Positions 17,883 to 29,071 of a stretch of 64,000 nt of DNA are shown piece by piece (the stretch's first letter is position 1; each line of letters opens with the position of its first letter). The DNA comes from Vulcanimicrobiota bacterium. Lineage in GTDB: Bacteria > Vulcanimicrobiota > Vulcanimicrobiia > Vulcanimicrobiales > Vulcanimicrobiaceae. A model generated the notes under the pieces. The model did no database searches and was not told the DNA's origin. It saw only the letters and a program-made list of their open reading frames with translations. The DNA is taken from assembly GCA_963795855.1 (NCBI GenBank), contig CAWCIZ010000001.1, positions 384,001 through 448,000 of the forward strand. The letters are read 5' to 3'. A program made the translations under genes and the position numbers.

Positions 17883-19134
17883 ATGCAAGGTCTCAGTATC
17901 GCCAACAACCTGTTGGCCAACAGCGTTCAGTACAACCTGAACAACAACCAAGAAGCCCTTCGCAACACCGTTACGCAGTCTGTCCAGCGGTCTGCGCATC
18001 AACAGCGCTGCGGACGATCCGTCCGGTCTTGCGATCGCGACGAACCTGCAGACGCAAGTCGACGCGTTCCAGCAGGCCTCGCAGAACGTTCAGGACGCCA
18101 ACAACGCGGCGCAGGTTGCCGACGGCGCCCTCGCAACGGAAACCGACATTCTGCAGCGTATCCGCAGCCTCGCGGTGGAAGCGTCCAGCTCCATCAACAG
18201 CGCTTCGGACAATGCCAACCTGCAATCGGAAATCTCGCAGCTGCTGCTCGAGGTCAACCGCATTTCGCAGAACACGAACTTCAACGGCCAGGCGCTGCTC
18301 GACGGCAGCCATTCCGGCTTCCAGCCCTACACGAACGCGTCGTACACGGTCAGCTCGAACTCCGTTCTCGCTTCGGCGGGCGCAGCCGCGCTCTCGAAGA
18401 GCGGCGTTGCGGCCGGCGACCTCGTCGCCAGCGTGAGCACGACGGCGAACTTCAACACGACGGCCGCAGGCGGCGGCGTCGACGGCACGATCGAACTGCA
18501 GGTCATCAACACCAGCAGCACGACCGTGGCCGTTCAGGTTTCGTTCTTCTCGAGCAGCAACTCGAGCACGAGCGCGACCGCCAAAGTCGTGGCTGCCAAT
18601 GCGGGCGCGAACACGAAGGTCACCGTTGACGGCTTGACCATCACGGTCGGAAACGTGTCGCTGCAAGATGCCGGCACGACGGCCTACGTCAAAGTCAGCC
18701 AAGCCGTTGCTGCCAGCAGCTCGGCAGCAGGCCCGCTGACGATTCAGTCGGGCGCGAACGAAGGCGACACGGTCGCCGTCGGCATCCAGGCCACGAACGC
18801 GCAGACCCTGCGCATCTCGAACATCAACGTCGCCAACACGGCGTCGGGTGTTCTCGCGGCGGAAGACGCGGTCGGACAAGTCACCAACGCGCTGGACACG
18901 CTGCTCTCGCAGCGCGCACAGCTCGGCGCGGTCATCGTTCGCCTCAACGAAGATGCGAACAACGACAACGTCGCATCGGTGAATCTGCAGGCGTCGGAAT
19001 CCGCGATTCGCGACCTCAACGTCGGCCAGGCGACGACGCAATTCACGAAACTGCAAGTTCTCGTGCAAGTCGGCACCTCGGTCTTGGCGCAGTCGAACGC
19101 GAACGCGCAGTCGGTCCTCGGCCTCTTCCGTTAA
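17883..19134 (+). CDS. fliC: Flagellin (one extra base at about 17979)
   Basis: Removing T17979 gives QLSSGLRINSAADDPSGLAIA. Also NTNFNGQALLDG, QRAQLGA, SAIRDLNV and VLAQSN..VLGLFR. Confidence 0.95.
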
Positions 19135-19172
19135 CAAACGCGGGTCCCCATGGGGACTCGAGGTCGGTAAAG

Positions 19173-19207
19173 CAAAAGCCACGATTACGGTCGTGGCTTT
19201 TGTTTTT
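19173..19207 (+). terminator. Rho-independent terminator after flagellin
   Basis: caaaagccacga-ttacgg-tcgtggcttttg followed by TTTTT. Confidence 0.85.
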
Positions 19208-19220
19208 GGGCGCCGGCTCT

Positions 19221-19247
19221 TAATCAGAGGCTCCTTGGAGCCGAATA
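19221..19247 (+). promoter_or_regulatory. Sigma28-like promoter for the glycosyltransferase operon
   Basis: TAAT-N15-GCCGAATA. Confidence 0.55.
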
Positions 19248-19255
19248 CTAGACGG

Positions 19256-21251
19256 ATGCCCATACGCGTCGTCTCACGTCGTGCTCCGCGGGTTGCCCCG
19301 CCCTTCGGCCTGCCCGTTCCCCCGCCCGGCTGGGAGCAGCGTCCGGCCGGCATCAGCCTGTGCATGATCGTCAAAAACGAAGAGCGCTTCCTCGAGCAAT
19401 GCTTGTCGAGCGTCGCAGGCGCCGTGGACGAGATCAACATCGTCGACACGGGCTCGACCGACCGTACGATAGAAATCGCGCAGCGCTTCGGGGCGCGCGT
19501 GCAGCGCCGAGAGTGGCGCGACGATTTCGGCTGGGCTCGGAACGAAGCGCTGAAGATGGCGACGAAGCGCTGGGTGTTCCAACTGGACGCCGACGAGCAA
19601 CTGACGCCCGAATCGAAAGCGGCGCTTCGCGACGTCGCGGCCGCGCCCGCGCATCTGACCGGCGTGTGGATTCGGTGCTCGAACGCCTCGGACAAGTACC
19701 GCGGCGGAGGGAGCGTCTCACATGCGATCGTCCGAATCTTTCCGAATCACGAGCGCGTTCGCTTTTACGGCGCGATTCACGAGTTCCCGAGCGTCGACGG
19801 CTCTTCGATCAGCATCGACGCCGTGCATTCGCCGATCAAGATCCTGCATCACGGGTATTTGAACGACGTCGTCGATCATCGCGACAAATACGCGCGCAAC
19901 ATGCAAATCGTCGAAGCGTCGGTGGCAGCGGAGCCGGAAGATGCATTCGGCTGGTACAACTACGGCATGACGGCACATCTGGGCGGCGATCAGGATCGCG
20001 GCGTCGCCGGGTTTACGCGCATGTGGGAGCTTTGCCGCAAACACGGCATGCGCGCGTTTACCCCGAACGGCCTGCAAACGCTCGCCGACATCTACACCGA
20101 GATGAAAAACGAGCCGGAAAAAGGGCTCGAGTACGCGATGGAAGCGCTCCGTCTCGCGCCGCGCTACGCGAACGCGCATTTCTCCGCCGGCAAGGCGTAC
20201 TTCGCGATGAAGCGCTTCGAGGATGCGCGAGCGATGTATCGTCAGGCGGTGGAAGACGGACCGTTTACGAGCGCGCAGTTCGTCGTCGACGACGAGGTGC
20301 CGCTGTGGAAGGCGCAGTGCGAGATCGGCAGCACCTTCGTCGAAGAAGGCGACGACGCGCAAGCGCTGGAGTGGTTCGAATGCGGACTCCGCAATCGCCC
20401 GAAAGTGCAGCCGCTCCGCATCAACTACGGCAGCGCGCTCGAACGTTTAGGGCGTTTGAGCGAAGCGGAGGCCGTGTTCCGATCGATCTACGAAGATTTC
20501 GGCGACGAGCAGTCCTGTCTGCAGTACGTGAACTATTTGCTCCGTCACGCCAAAGAACGCGAAGCCATCGCTGCGATCGACCGCTCTTGCGGGAATTTAT
20601 CGCCGGAAGCGGCGGAGTCCGCACTGCTTGCGTGCGCCTCGCTCTTGCAAAAGAACGCGTGGGGCGACGGCGAGTCGTATCTTCTACGCGCGCAATCGAT
20701 CGCGCCCAACTCCGCGCAGGTCGCTGCGGCGCTCGACGCGGTGCGCAAAAACCGCGGCGAGGTCGGCGCCAAAGCCGCAGTCTGCGAATGCGGCAATCGC
20801 TGCCGGCCGCTTCGAAGAAGCGCTCGCGCTCGCGTGTGAGGGACTTGCGCTTGCGCCCGGACACGGCTTGCTGTCGTATTACGCTGCGCTTGCGTGCGCG
20901 AATCTGCAACGGAAGGAAAGCGCGCTCGGCTTTCTCGATGGGGCCGCCGATTCGCTCGGCGGCGAAGGTCCGGCATTCTTAAAAGCGGCGCTGCTGCGCG
21001 AAATGAACCGGCCGCAAGAAGCGCTCGATGCGATTCAGGCCGTTCGCGCGCAAAACCCGGCGAACGTCGACGCGGTGATCGTGCAAGCCGGTCTGCTGGA
21101 AGCGCTTGGCCGCGTCGATCGGGCGGAAGAGGCGCTGCGCTCGCTGTTGCCCGCCGAAAGGCGACGCATTGGCGTCGAACTGGCCGGCTTGTTTTTGCGC
21201 AACGGGCGCGTTGAAGACGCCAAGCGCATCGCGGAAGAAGCGTTGGCGTAA
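19256..21251 (+). CDS. GT2 glycosyltransferase with TPR repeats (flagellin-glycosyltransferase-like; frameshift at about 20781)
   Basis: ISLCMIVKNEE, VDTGSTDRT, DFGWARN, LDADE, IHE and ILHHGY motifs, then TPR-like helices. Confidence 0.88.
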
Positions 21252-21260
21252 GGCGGCTGT

Positions 21261-23823
21261 ATGGATTACTCGATCGTCATTCCGGTATTCAACAAAGCCG
21301 CTTTGACGCGGCGCTGCTTGGAGACGCTGCAGTCCTCGCTCGCCGGTGCGGGCGAAGGTGAAGTCATCGTCATCGACAACGCGAGTTCCGACGAAACGCC
21401 GCAGATGCTGACGGCGTTTCCGTGGATTCGCATGGTGCGCAATGAAACGAACCTGGGATTCGCGGGCGCGAACAATCAAGGCGCGGGGTTGGCGAGCGGC
21501 GAGTTTTTGGTGCTGCTCAACAACGACACGGAGCCGAAACCCGGCTGGCTCGCGAGCATGCTGCAAACCGCGCGCGCGCGCGGCGCCGGCGCAGTAGGAG
21601 CGCGGCTGCTCTTCCCGTCGGGCAAGATCCAGCACGCCGGCGTCGGCATCGGGCCGCTGCGTTTAGGACGCGCGAGCTTCCTGCCGTATCACGATTTGTA
21701 CGGGGCGCCCGGCGACGACGCGCACGCGCGGGAAGTGACGGAGTATCAGGTCGTCACGGGCGCGTGTTTGCTTACTCCGCGCGAGTTGTACGTGCGCCTG
21801 GGCGGTCTGGACGAAGGCTACTGGAACGGATACGAAGACGTGGATTACTGCTTCAAGGTGCGCGAAGCGGGATTCCCCGTCGTGTACGACGGGCGCGCCG
21901 CGCTCACGCACTTCGAATCCCAGTCCGGACCGCAGCGGTTCCGCAAAGCGGCATGGAACACCGATCGGCTTGCCCGCCGGTGGAACGGACGGATCGCGTA
22001 CGACGACCAGACGCATCTGCTGCGCCGCGGCGCAATTCGCCGGTTCGTTCGTCTACCGCGAGGCACCGAGACGAACGGTTCGCTGGCGATTCCCGACGTT
22101 ACCATTTTCTGTCACGGCGATCTCGGCAAACAAACGGACGCGCGCTTCGTCCAGTCGCTGCACGCCAATACCGTGCCGGTCGGGCGCGTGCTGTGGTGCG
22201 CGCAAGAGCATGCCGTCAACGCGGCGCGCGAAGAAATGGAACGTCGCGCCGATCGCTACGTCGCATTTGTGGACGCGCGATGCGAACTGCGCGAGGGATG
22301 GCTCGATGAACTCGTATGTCAAGTGGAGTGGGGCCCATCGGTTGCGGCAGACTGCGTACGCGCCCGAAATTGGCGCTCGAACCGACGGCGTGGTGTATGA
22401 TGCCGGTGCCAGGTGCACGCTGCTCTCACTGCGCAAATTTCCCGCGCACGAGCGATTGACCGGCCAGGCTTCGCTGCACGAATCCGTTTCGGACTTCCTC
22501 AATCGCGCCGTCACGCTTCGCGCGTTTACGCGCATCGCGAGCCGCGATCTTGCCGTGCTTCCGGCCGTACCGGCCGGTGCAGTGCCGACCGCGCGCGAAG
22601 ACCTGTTCGAGGCTGCGCTCGCGAAGGGGCCGAAACGCCGGCCCGGCCTCGTGTCGATCGTGATGCTCAGTTGGAACGCGGTGCGTTTCACAAAGATGGC
22701 GCTGGAATCGATTCGAGCGCACACCAAAGGCGAGTACGAGATCGTCATCGTCGACAACGGCTCCGGCGAAGAAACGGTCGAGTGGCTTCGCACCCAAACC
22801 GACGTGCGCGTCATCTACAATTCGTCGAACCGCGGTTATGCGGGCGGCAACAATCAAGCGATGGCTGCAGCGCGCGGGGAGTACGTCGTTCTGCTCAATA
22901 ACGACGTGATCGTCACGGAAGGGTGGCTCGACGGTTTGCTCGCCGCGTTCGATCGCGTTCCCGCGCTGGGCGTATCGGCGGTTCGCAGCAATAAAATCGC
23001 CGGCGATCAAGTCGTTACCGATGGAACGTATCAGAATATCGAGGAAATGCACGCCTATGCCGCGCAGCGGCGCGAGCGCTTCCGCGAGAGCGGGTATATG
23101 ACCGATCGCGCGATCGGATTATGCCTCTGCATCGATCGCCGCGTCATCGAAGAGGTGGGCGGCATCGACGAGCGCTTCGGCGTCGGCAATTTCGAAGACG
23201 ATGATTACTGCCTTCGGGTCCGTGCTGCCGGCTATCGCATTCACGTGTGCGACGACGTGTTCATCCATCACTTCGGCTCGCAGACGTTCGCGGCCAACAA
23301 CGTCGACTGGAATGCGACGATGCGTGAGAACTGGAGCAAGTTTGCGGCGAAGTGGGGATTGCCGCGCGAATTTACGGGTCAAGGCTACGATCCGGCTCCG
23401 CTCATACGGCGCGGCTTCGATCGCGCGCAGCACTACGTCGCGCTTCCGCAGATCGCTGCCCAAGCCGATGAGGCACGCACGTATGAACTCGTGTTCTTCG
23501 CCGAGGTAAACGGCGAGCGCGATTGGAGCGAGATTGCGGCGTTTGCGCGCCGCTACGTGCGGGCCTTTAGCGCGGAGCAGCCGGTGCTGCTGGCTCTGGC
23601 GGCGACCGGCGAAATCGACGCGCGCACGATCGGCGGTCGCATCGAACGGCTGGCGCAGCGCGAAGGCATCTCGGCCGATCGCGTGGCCGACGTAGAGATT
23701 TCCGACGAAACCTCGACCGAAGCATGGATGGACGCGCTTCCGAACGGAGCTCGCACGATAGCGTCGATTGAAGACCGCAGTCCAAGCGCGCTGCGCCGCC
23801 TGCTCGAGGTACAGCCCGTATGA
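21261..23823 (+). CDS. Tandem GT2 glycosyltransferase (frameshift at about 22351)
   Basis: Two GT2 domains: SIVIPVFN..LLNNDT..EDVD and SIVMLSWN..LLNNDV..FEDDD. Confidence 0.85.
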
Positions 23824-25815
23824 AGACGCATCGTCAGCACGAGGCTTTTACGAGTTGGCTCGACGTCGCACTGCTGCGCGACATGCTTTCCGCACAGACG
23901 CTGGCCGTTGCGCGCCTGGAACCGATCACGAATATCGCGCGCGGCGGCGCGTTTTTGGACCTGACCTTCGTATCGAACGGCGCGGTCGCCGTCGTACCGC
24001 TGCTCCAGGTTGCGGGCGAAATGATCGAAGATCGGGAAGAGCTCGCCGTTCCTGTGGCCGCACGCCGTCTCCCGCGCCATCTCGCACGAGCGCGCCACGG
24101 AGATCGAACGCGCGCTGCTGCCGTGGGTGGAAGCGAATGCGGGCGCGAGGCCGCTGAGCGAGGAGAAGATCCGATTCTTCGAAGAGCGTGACGTTCGCGA
24201 TTTGTTTGAGCAGGCGCGGGAGGCGCGATTCATCGGTGCGGCTTCGTATGACGCGGTTCTCGCGGATGCGGCGCCGTACGTCTACGCAGCGCGCTTCGCG
24301 CGCGACAAACGCGTTGCGATTCGCGATCCGCACGGTGCGCTCGGCGCCGCAATGTTGGCGCGGCACGCCGTTTCGATTCAGGCGGATTTGGGCGCGGACA
24401 ACAATGCAGCGGCTCACCGCTGGTTCGGCAAAGACTTGTTCCGCCGCCTCGACGGCGAACACGATGTGGATATCGCAGCAAAAGGAACGCCGATCGGTAG
24501 CGCGCCGGTTCGGCTAGTTCTCGACGCAGAGCAGGGCGAAAGGGTAGTGCGAGTCGCGACGCCGGTTCCCTCCGAGATCATGGTGTCGTTCGATCCCGAC
24601 GACGCTCCGCCGGTTCGTTCGTTCGCGGTCGAATGCGACGTTCGCCGTCCGGGGCGGGGAACGCGCGGCGGAAGAAGTTTCTCGCAAGGCGGAAGTTCGG
24701 GGCGCGTTCTCATTTTGGTGCGCGACGACGCGCGGCGGTCGCCCGACTCCGACGTGGAAGACGCAGACGAGTTGGCGCGCCTGCTGAGCGGCGAAGGTTT
24801 TGCCGCAGACGTGCGCGCTGCATCCACTGCAGTCGATCCGGCTTCATACGATCTCGTGCATGCATTCGTCGGTATGCGTCCGGGAGAATTCTGGCCGGCG
24901 CTTTCGGCGGCGCGCCGTGACGATGTGCCGATCGTCGTCACCGCGTGCATCGAAGACGTTGCGGTGCAAGGCGTGTGGGGAAGCGGCATCGTTCCGGTCG
25001 CGCTGTCCATGAGCGCATACGAAGCGCAGCTCGCTGCGAACCTCGATATGCTCGAAGCGCGCCGTTTGGAAGCGGACGGTCTGCATCCGCAGTACCAAGA
25101 GCCGTTCGCGCAATTCGGCGCGGCTTTGCGTGAGGTATACGCGCTCGCCAGCGCGGTTATCGTCAGCGGGCCCGAAGAAGAAGCCTTGCTGCGCCGCTAC
25201 GCGTATACCGGACCGGTATCGTACGTTCAGGCGTACGCCAACACGATGATCGAGCCCGCGCCGGTGGAGCATTTATGCGGAACCTCCGATTACGCGTTGC
25301 TGCACGGGCCCGTTGAAGGGCGCTCGAATCAGTTCATGGCCGTGCGGGCGGCTGTGGCAAACGACGTGCCGCTGGTGCTCGCAGGACCGATCAACGACGC
25401 CTCCTATTATCATGCGCTCATGGCCTGGGGAAACGAACGGGTCCTGTTCGTCCCGAACCCGAGCCAGGCCGAACTGGCCGGCCTCTATCGCGGCGCGCGC
25501 GTTTTCCTGGACGTCGCCTGGATACGGTACGGCCTGCGCCGCATCGCGCAGGCGGCGCTTTCGGGCTGCGCGCTCGTCGCGGCGTCGCGCGGATATGCGC
25601 CGGCACTTTGGCGGCCCGGCCTGATGGAGGCAGACCCGGGCAGCGAGCGCGGCATCACGCGGGCGCTGGGCGACGCGTGGTTCCATGCGCTCGAACGCCG
25701 CGCGGACATCGACGCGTGCGCGGAACGCGTCGCCGCCGCGTGCGACCCGCGGGCAGCGCTGGTCGCGACCGTTCAGGCCTACGCAGACGTATCGGCGCCC
25801 CGGGTGGGCGCCTAA
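23820..25815 (+). CDS. Protein with a C-terminal GT-B/GT4-like domain (frameshift between about 24025 and 24127)
   Basis: GPVEGRSNQ..LVLAGP..ELAGLYRGARVF..AALSGCALVA resembles a degenerate GT4. The N-terminal part lies in the 23820 frame. Confidence 0.6.
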
Positions 25816-25840
25816 ACTGCCGCGCTCGGAAAGCCGAAAT
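25813..25840 (+). promoter_or_regulatory. Sigma28-type promoter for flaG-fliD-fliS
   Basis: TAAA-N16-GCCGAAAT. Confidence 0.75.
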
Positions 25841-25862
25841 ACCAATGAGCAGGAGGCCGAAC

Positions 25863-26216
25863 ATGGACGTTCGAGTTGTGGGAGCCGCTGACGCCGCTCC
25901 GCAGCAAACGCCGACGGTAGGACCGCTACCGGACGGCCAAACTAACGCGGCACCGCCGGTGCCTCAAGCTTTACCGCACGCGGACCCGGGCGTTCTTTCG
26001 CCTGTGGTCGCAAAGCTGTTCGGCCAGGACGGAATTCCGAAGCCGGTTGCGGTCAACGTCAGCTATCGCGTCGAGCACGATCCCAACATGATCGTAACGG
26101 TGTTCACCGATCCGCAGACGGGCCGCGAAATCGCGCAAATGCCGGCTGAAATTCTCGTACAAATCGCGCAATTTTTCGACAAGCAAAGCGGCGTCACGCT
26201 CGATCGGAGCGCTTAA
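25863..26216 (+). CDS. flaG: FlaG family protein
   Basis: DPQTGREIAQMPAE..SGVTLDRSA; AGGAGG RBS; upstream of fliD. Confidence 0.85.
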   Translation: MDVRVVGAADAAPQQTPTVGPLPDGQTNAAPPVPQALPHADPGVLSPVVAKLFGQDGIPKPVAVNVSYRVEHDPNMIVTVFTDPQTGREIAQMPAEILVQIAQFFDKQSGVTLDRSA

Positions 26217-26221
26217 CACCC

Positions 26222-28240
26222 ATGTCAAGCATCTCCAGCTCGAGCGGCGCCCTCGGCACCAACGTCCCACCAGTTTCCTTTCCAGGCATCGCATCCGGCA
26301 TCGACTATAATTCGATCATCACCAGCTCACCTCGATGACGCTCGCGCCTGCGGTTCAGCTCAGCCAGCAAGTCGCGACGCTGAACGCTTCAAACGCCGAA
26401 CTGATCAAGATCAACGGCATGCTCGCCTCCGTGCAAGCATCCTTGAACGCGCTCTCGCAGACGAACTTGTACAATGCCGTTTCCGCAACGTCGAGCGACA
26501 CGACCGCAGCGACCGCCCAAGGCATAAGCGGCGGCAACGCGACGCCCGGCACCTACACGATCGATGGAACGCAGCTCGCGACGGCCACCCAAGTCGCGGG
26601 CGCTGCAGCCATCGGACATACCGAGCTCGACGTCGTTCCCGGAACCACGGCGAACGGGTTGAACGTTCCGCTCGTCGATTCGTGGGCCGCAATCACACCG
26701 ACGAACGGCGGCGGCGCGCAAGGTTCGATCACGATCAACGGCGTGACGGTCGACTACGACGTCACGACGCAATCGGTCAACACCATCCTGGCGAACATCA
26801 ACACCGCTCTTCACGCGGCCGGTGACGCAACGTTCAACATCGGATTGGTTGCCGGCACCGATACGGTTCAAATGGCGGACAGCGCACGCCAGATCTCTCT
26901 GGGCGCTCAAAGCGATCAAGGCAACCTCCTGCAAGTGCTTCGCCTCGATCAGGCGCAGGTCGTCAACGGCGCGGGAAGCGGTTCGGTCACGGGCACCGCC
27001 GGCATCGGCGGCGTGAACCAGGCGCTCGAGTTCAATTCCGTCAACGGCTACAATGCAGCGTCGGATGCGAACTATCTCACGCCCGTCACGTCGGGAACAT
27101 TCACCATCAACGGCGTGAAGATCAGCATCGACGCGACGATGGACAACATGGCGTCGATTCTCAAACGCATCAACGCTTCCGGCGCGGGCGTCGTTGCGGC
27201 GTACAACACCGCCACCGGACAGATTACGCTGACGGCGACGAAAACCGGCCCGCAAAGCATCGTCGTCGGTTCAGGCTCGGACACCAGCAACTTTTTGACC
27301 GCGACCGGGCTGACGACAGCAGCGGGCGCAACCTCGACCGTCGGAAAACAGGCCTCCGTAACGCTGCAAAACCCGGACGGCTCGACGCAAACGATCTACA
27401 GCGACAGCAACACCGTTACGACGGCGATACCCGGCGTTCAACTCAATCTGCTCAGTGCGACGCCCAACCCGTTCCAGATTACGGTCGGCCAAGACAGACT
27501 CGCAACTCGTCAAAGCCGTGAATACGTTCGTGTCCGCGTACAACGCGGCAATCAATGAAATCAACACTGCGACTGCGCCGCCGGTCGTTCCCACATCGCC
27601 CATCGGGTCGTCCGTCGGAGCGACTCCACAGACGCCCGTCGGAGGCGGCCTGCTCTTCGGCAACGCCGACGTCGAGATGATAAAGGAGCAGTTGGTCAAC
27701 GAAGTCACGGCCATCATGCCGAACAATTCGGGCTACACGTCCCTCTCGCAGGTCGGCATCAACCTCACCGATTCGTTTACCATGCTGCAGCAATCGTCGG
27801 GAAGCGGCGCCACCGGAGCGCAGAACGCGCAGGTCACGGCGAAGCAGATGCAGGGTACGGACGGTCAGCTGCAAGCCGTCGATGCCTCCAAACTCGCCGC
27901 AGCGCTCGCGGCAAACGGATCTGCGGTGCAGAGCCTGTTCAACGGCGCGCAAGGCCTGGTGACGCAGATGGGGACGTATTTGACGGGCGTTACCGGCCTG
28001 CCGACGCAAACGGCGAGCGGCCTGCTCGGCAACATCCCGACGATTTCGCTGATGCAAGGTTTCGAAAACGGCAACACCGACGAGATCACCTCGATACAGC
28101 AGCAGATTTCACAGATCCAGAACAACGCCAATCAGCAGGCCGACTCGCTGCGCGCCGAGTTCGTCAATACCGAAGCCACGATAGCGCAGTTTCAAGCGCT
28201 TCAGCAACAGCTGGGTTCGTTCTTCAAGGGAGGCTCGTAG
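26222..28240 (+). CDS. fliD: Flagellar cap protein FliD (frameshifts at about 26324 and 27498)
   Basis: FPGIASGIDYNSII, ATQLATA, SNTVTTAIPGVQLNL, FVSAYN and a C-terminal coiled coil; lies between flaG and fliS. Confidence 0.88.
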
Positions 28241-28246
28241 CGCCGC

Positions 28247-28687
28247 ATGAAACGGTCCGCCGAGCAAAAATATTTGGAAACGTCCATCGCGACGGCATCG
28301 AAAGAAGATCTGATCGTCAAGATCTTCGACATTCTCGTGCTGGCGTCGACCCAGGCGCTCGAAAAGTTGCAGCACCAGCGCGACGACATCGAAGGAATAC
28401 ACAAAACGCTGCTCCGCGCACAGCGCGCGCTCGCGCTGCTGATGGGCTCGCTGGACATGGAGATCGGCGGAGAGATCGCGCGCAATCTTTTCCGCGTCTA
28501 TGAATTCTGGCATCACGAACTCGTGATGGCCAATATGCAGAAGGATCCGGCGCGGGTCGAGCGCTTGCTGCCGAACTTCATAGATTACCGGCAGATGTGG
28601 GCGCAGGCCATCTCCGAATTCAAGGCGATGCAGCGCGAACGGAGCGCGCAAGCCGCGGCCGGAGCCGGATTTGCCGCCGTCGGCTAA
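28247..28687 (+). CDS. fliS: Flagellin chaperone FliS
   Basis: IATASKEDLIV, LMGSLDMEIGGEIARNLFRVYEF..LVMAN. Confidence 0.93.
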   Translation: MKRSAEQKYLETSIATASKEDLIVKIFDILVLASTQALEKLQHQRDDIEGIHKTLLRAQRALALLMGSLDMEIGGEIARNLFRVYEFWHHELVMANMQKDPARVERLLPNFIDYRQMWAQAISEFKAMQRERSAQAAAGAGFAAVG

Positions 28688-29066
28688 GCCGGTGCAGCTG
28701 CCCGCGTCGGTCGAAGCTCCGCTCCGCGAGCTGGAAGATCTGTGCGGCCGTATCGAGCGGGCGCTGATGCACCGCGATTGGAGCGACCTGAACGGCGCCA
28801 TCGCGGATTCCCGCAGGATTACGCACGCGCTGCAAAATGCGATGGACGACTCGGGCGCGATTGGCGACGGCGACCTCGCCGAGCAGATTGGACGCCGGGT
28901 TCATTACGTCCAAGCGATACGAGATAATCAACTGACGCGTCTGCAGTATTACCACAATGCGGTCGGCGACCGGCTCAAACTGCTGGCACGCTGGAAGACT
29001 GCGCTCAAATCGCTCGCATCGCGCACGCGTGCGCGCGGCCTAGCGGCTCTCGATCAACTGACCTAA
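28671..29066 (+). CDS. Hypothetical helical protein in the FliT position
   Basis: 131-aa ORF overlapping the fliS stop; FliT-like by synteny only. Confidence 0.5.
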   Translation: MPPSAKPVQLPASVEAPLRELEDLCGRIERALMHRDWSDLNGAIADSRRITHALQNAMDDSGAIGDGDLAEQIGRRVHYVQAIRDNQLTRLQYYHNAVGDRLKLLARWKTALKSLASRTRARGLAALDQLT

Positions 29067-29071
29067 GGTCG

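Noticed and set aside
13527..28240. Flagellar system decaying into pseudogenes, or programmed frameshifting
   Set aside because: No in-frame stops or truncations were seen, motifs and promoters are intact, there are no slippery runs at most sites, and the same lesion type hits essential proS. Sequencing error is more likely.
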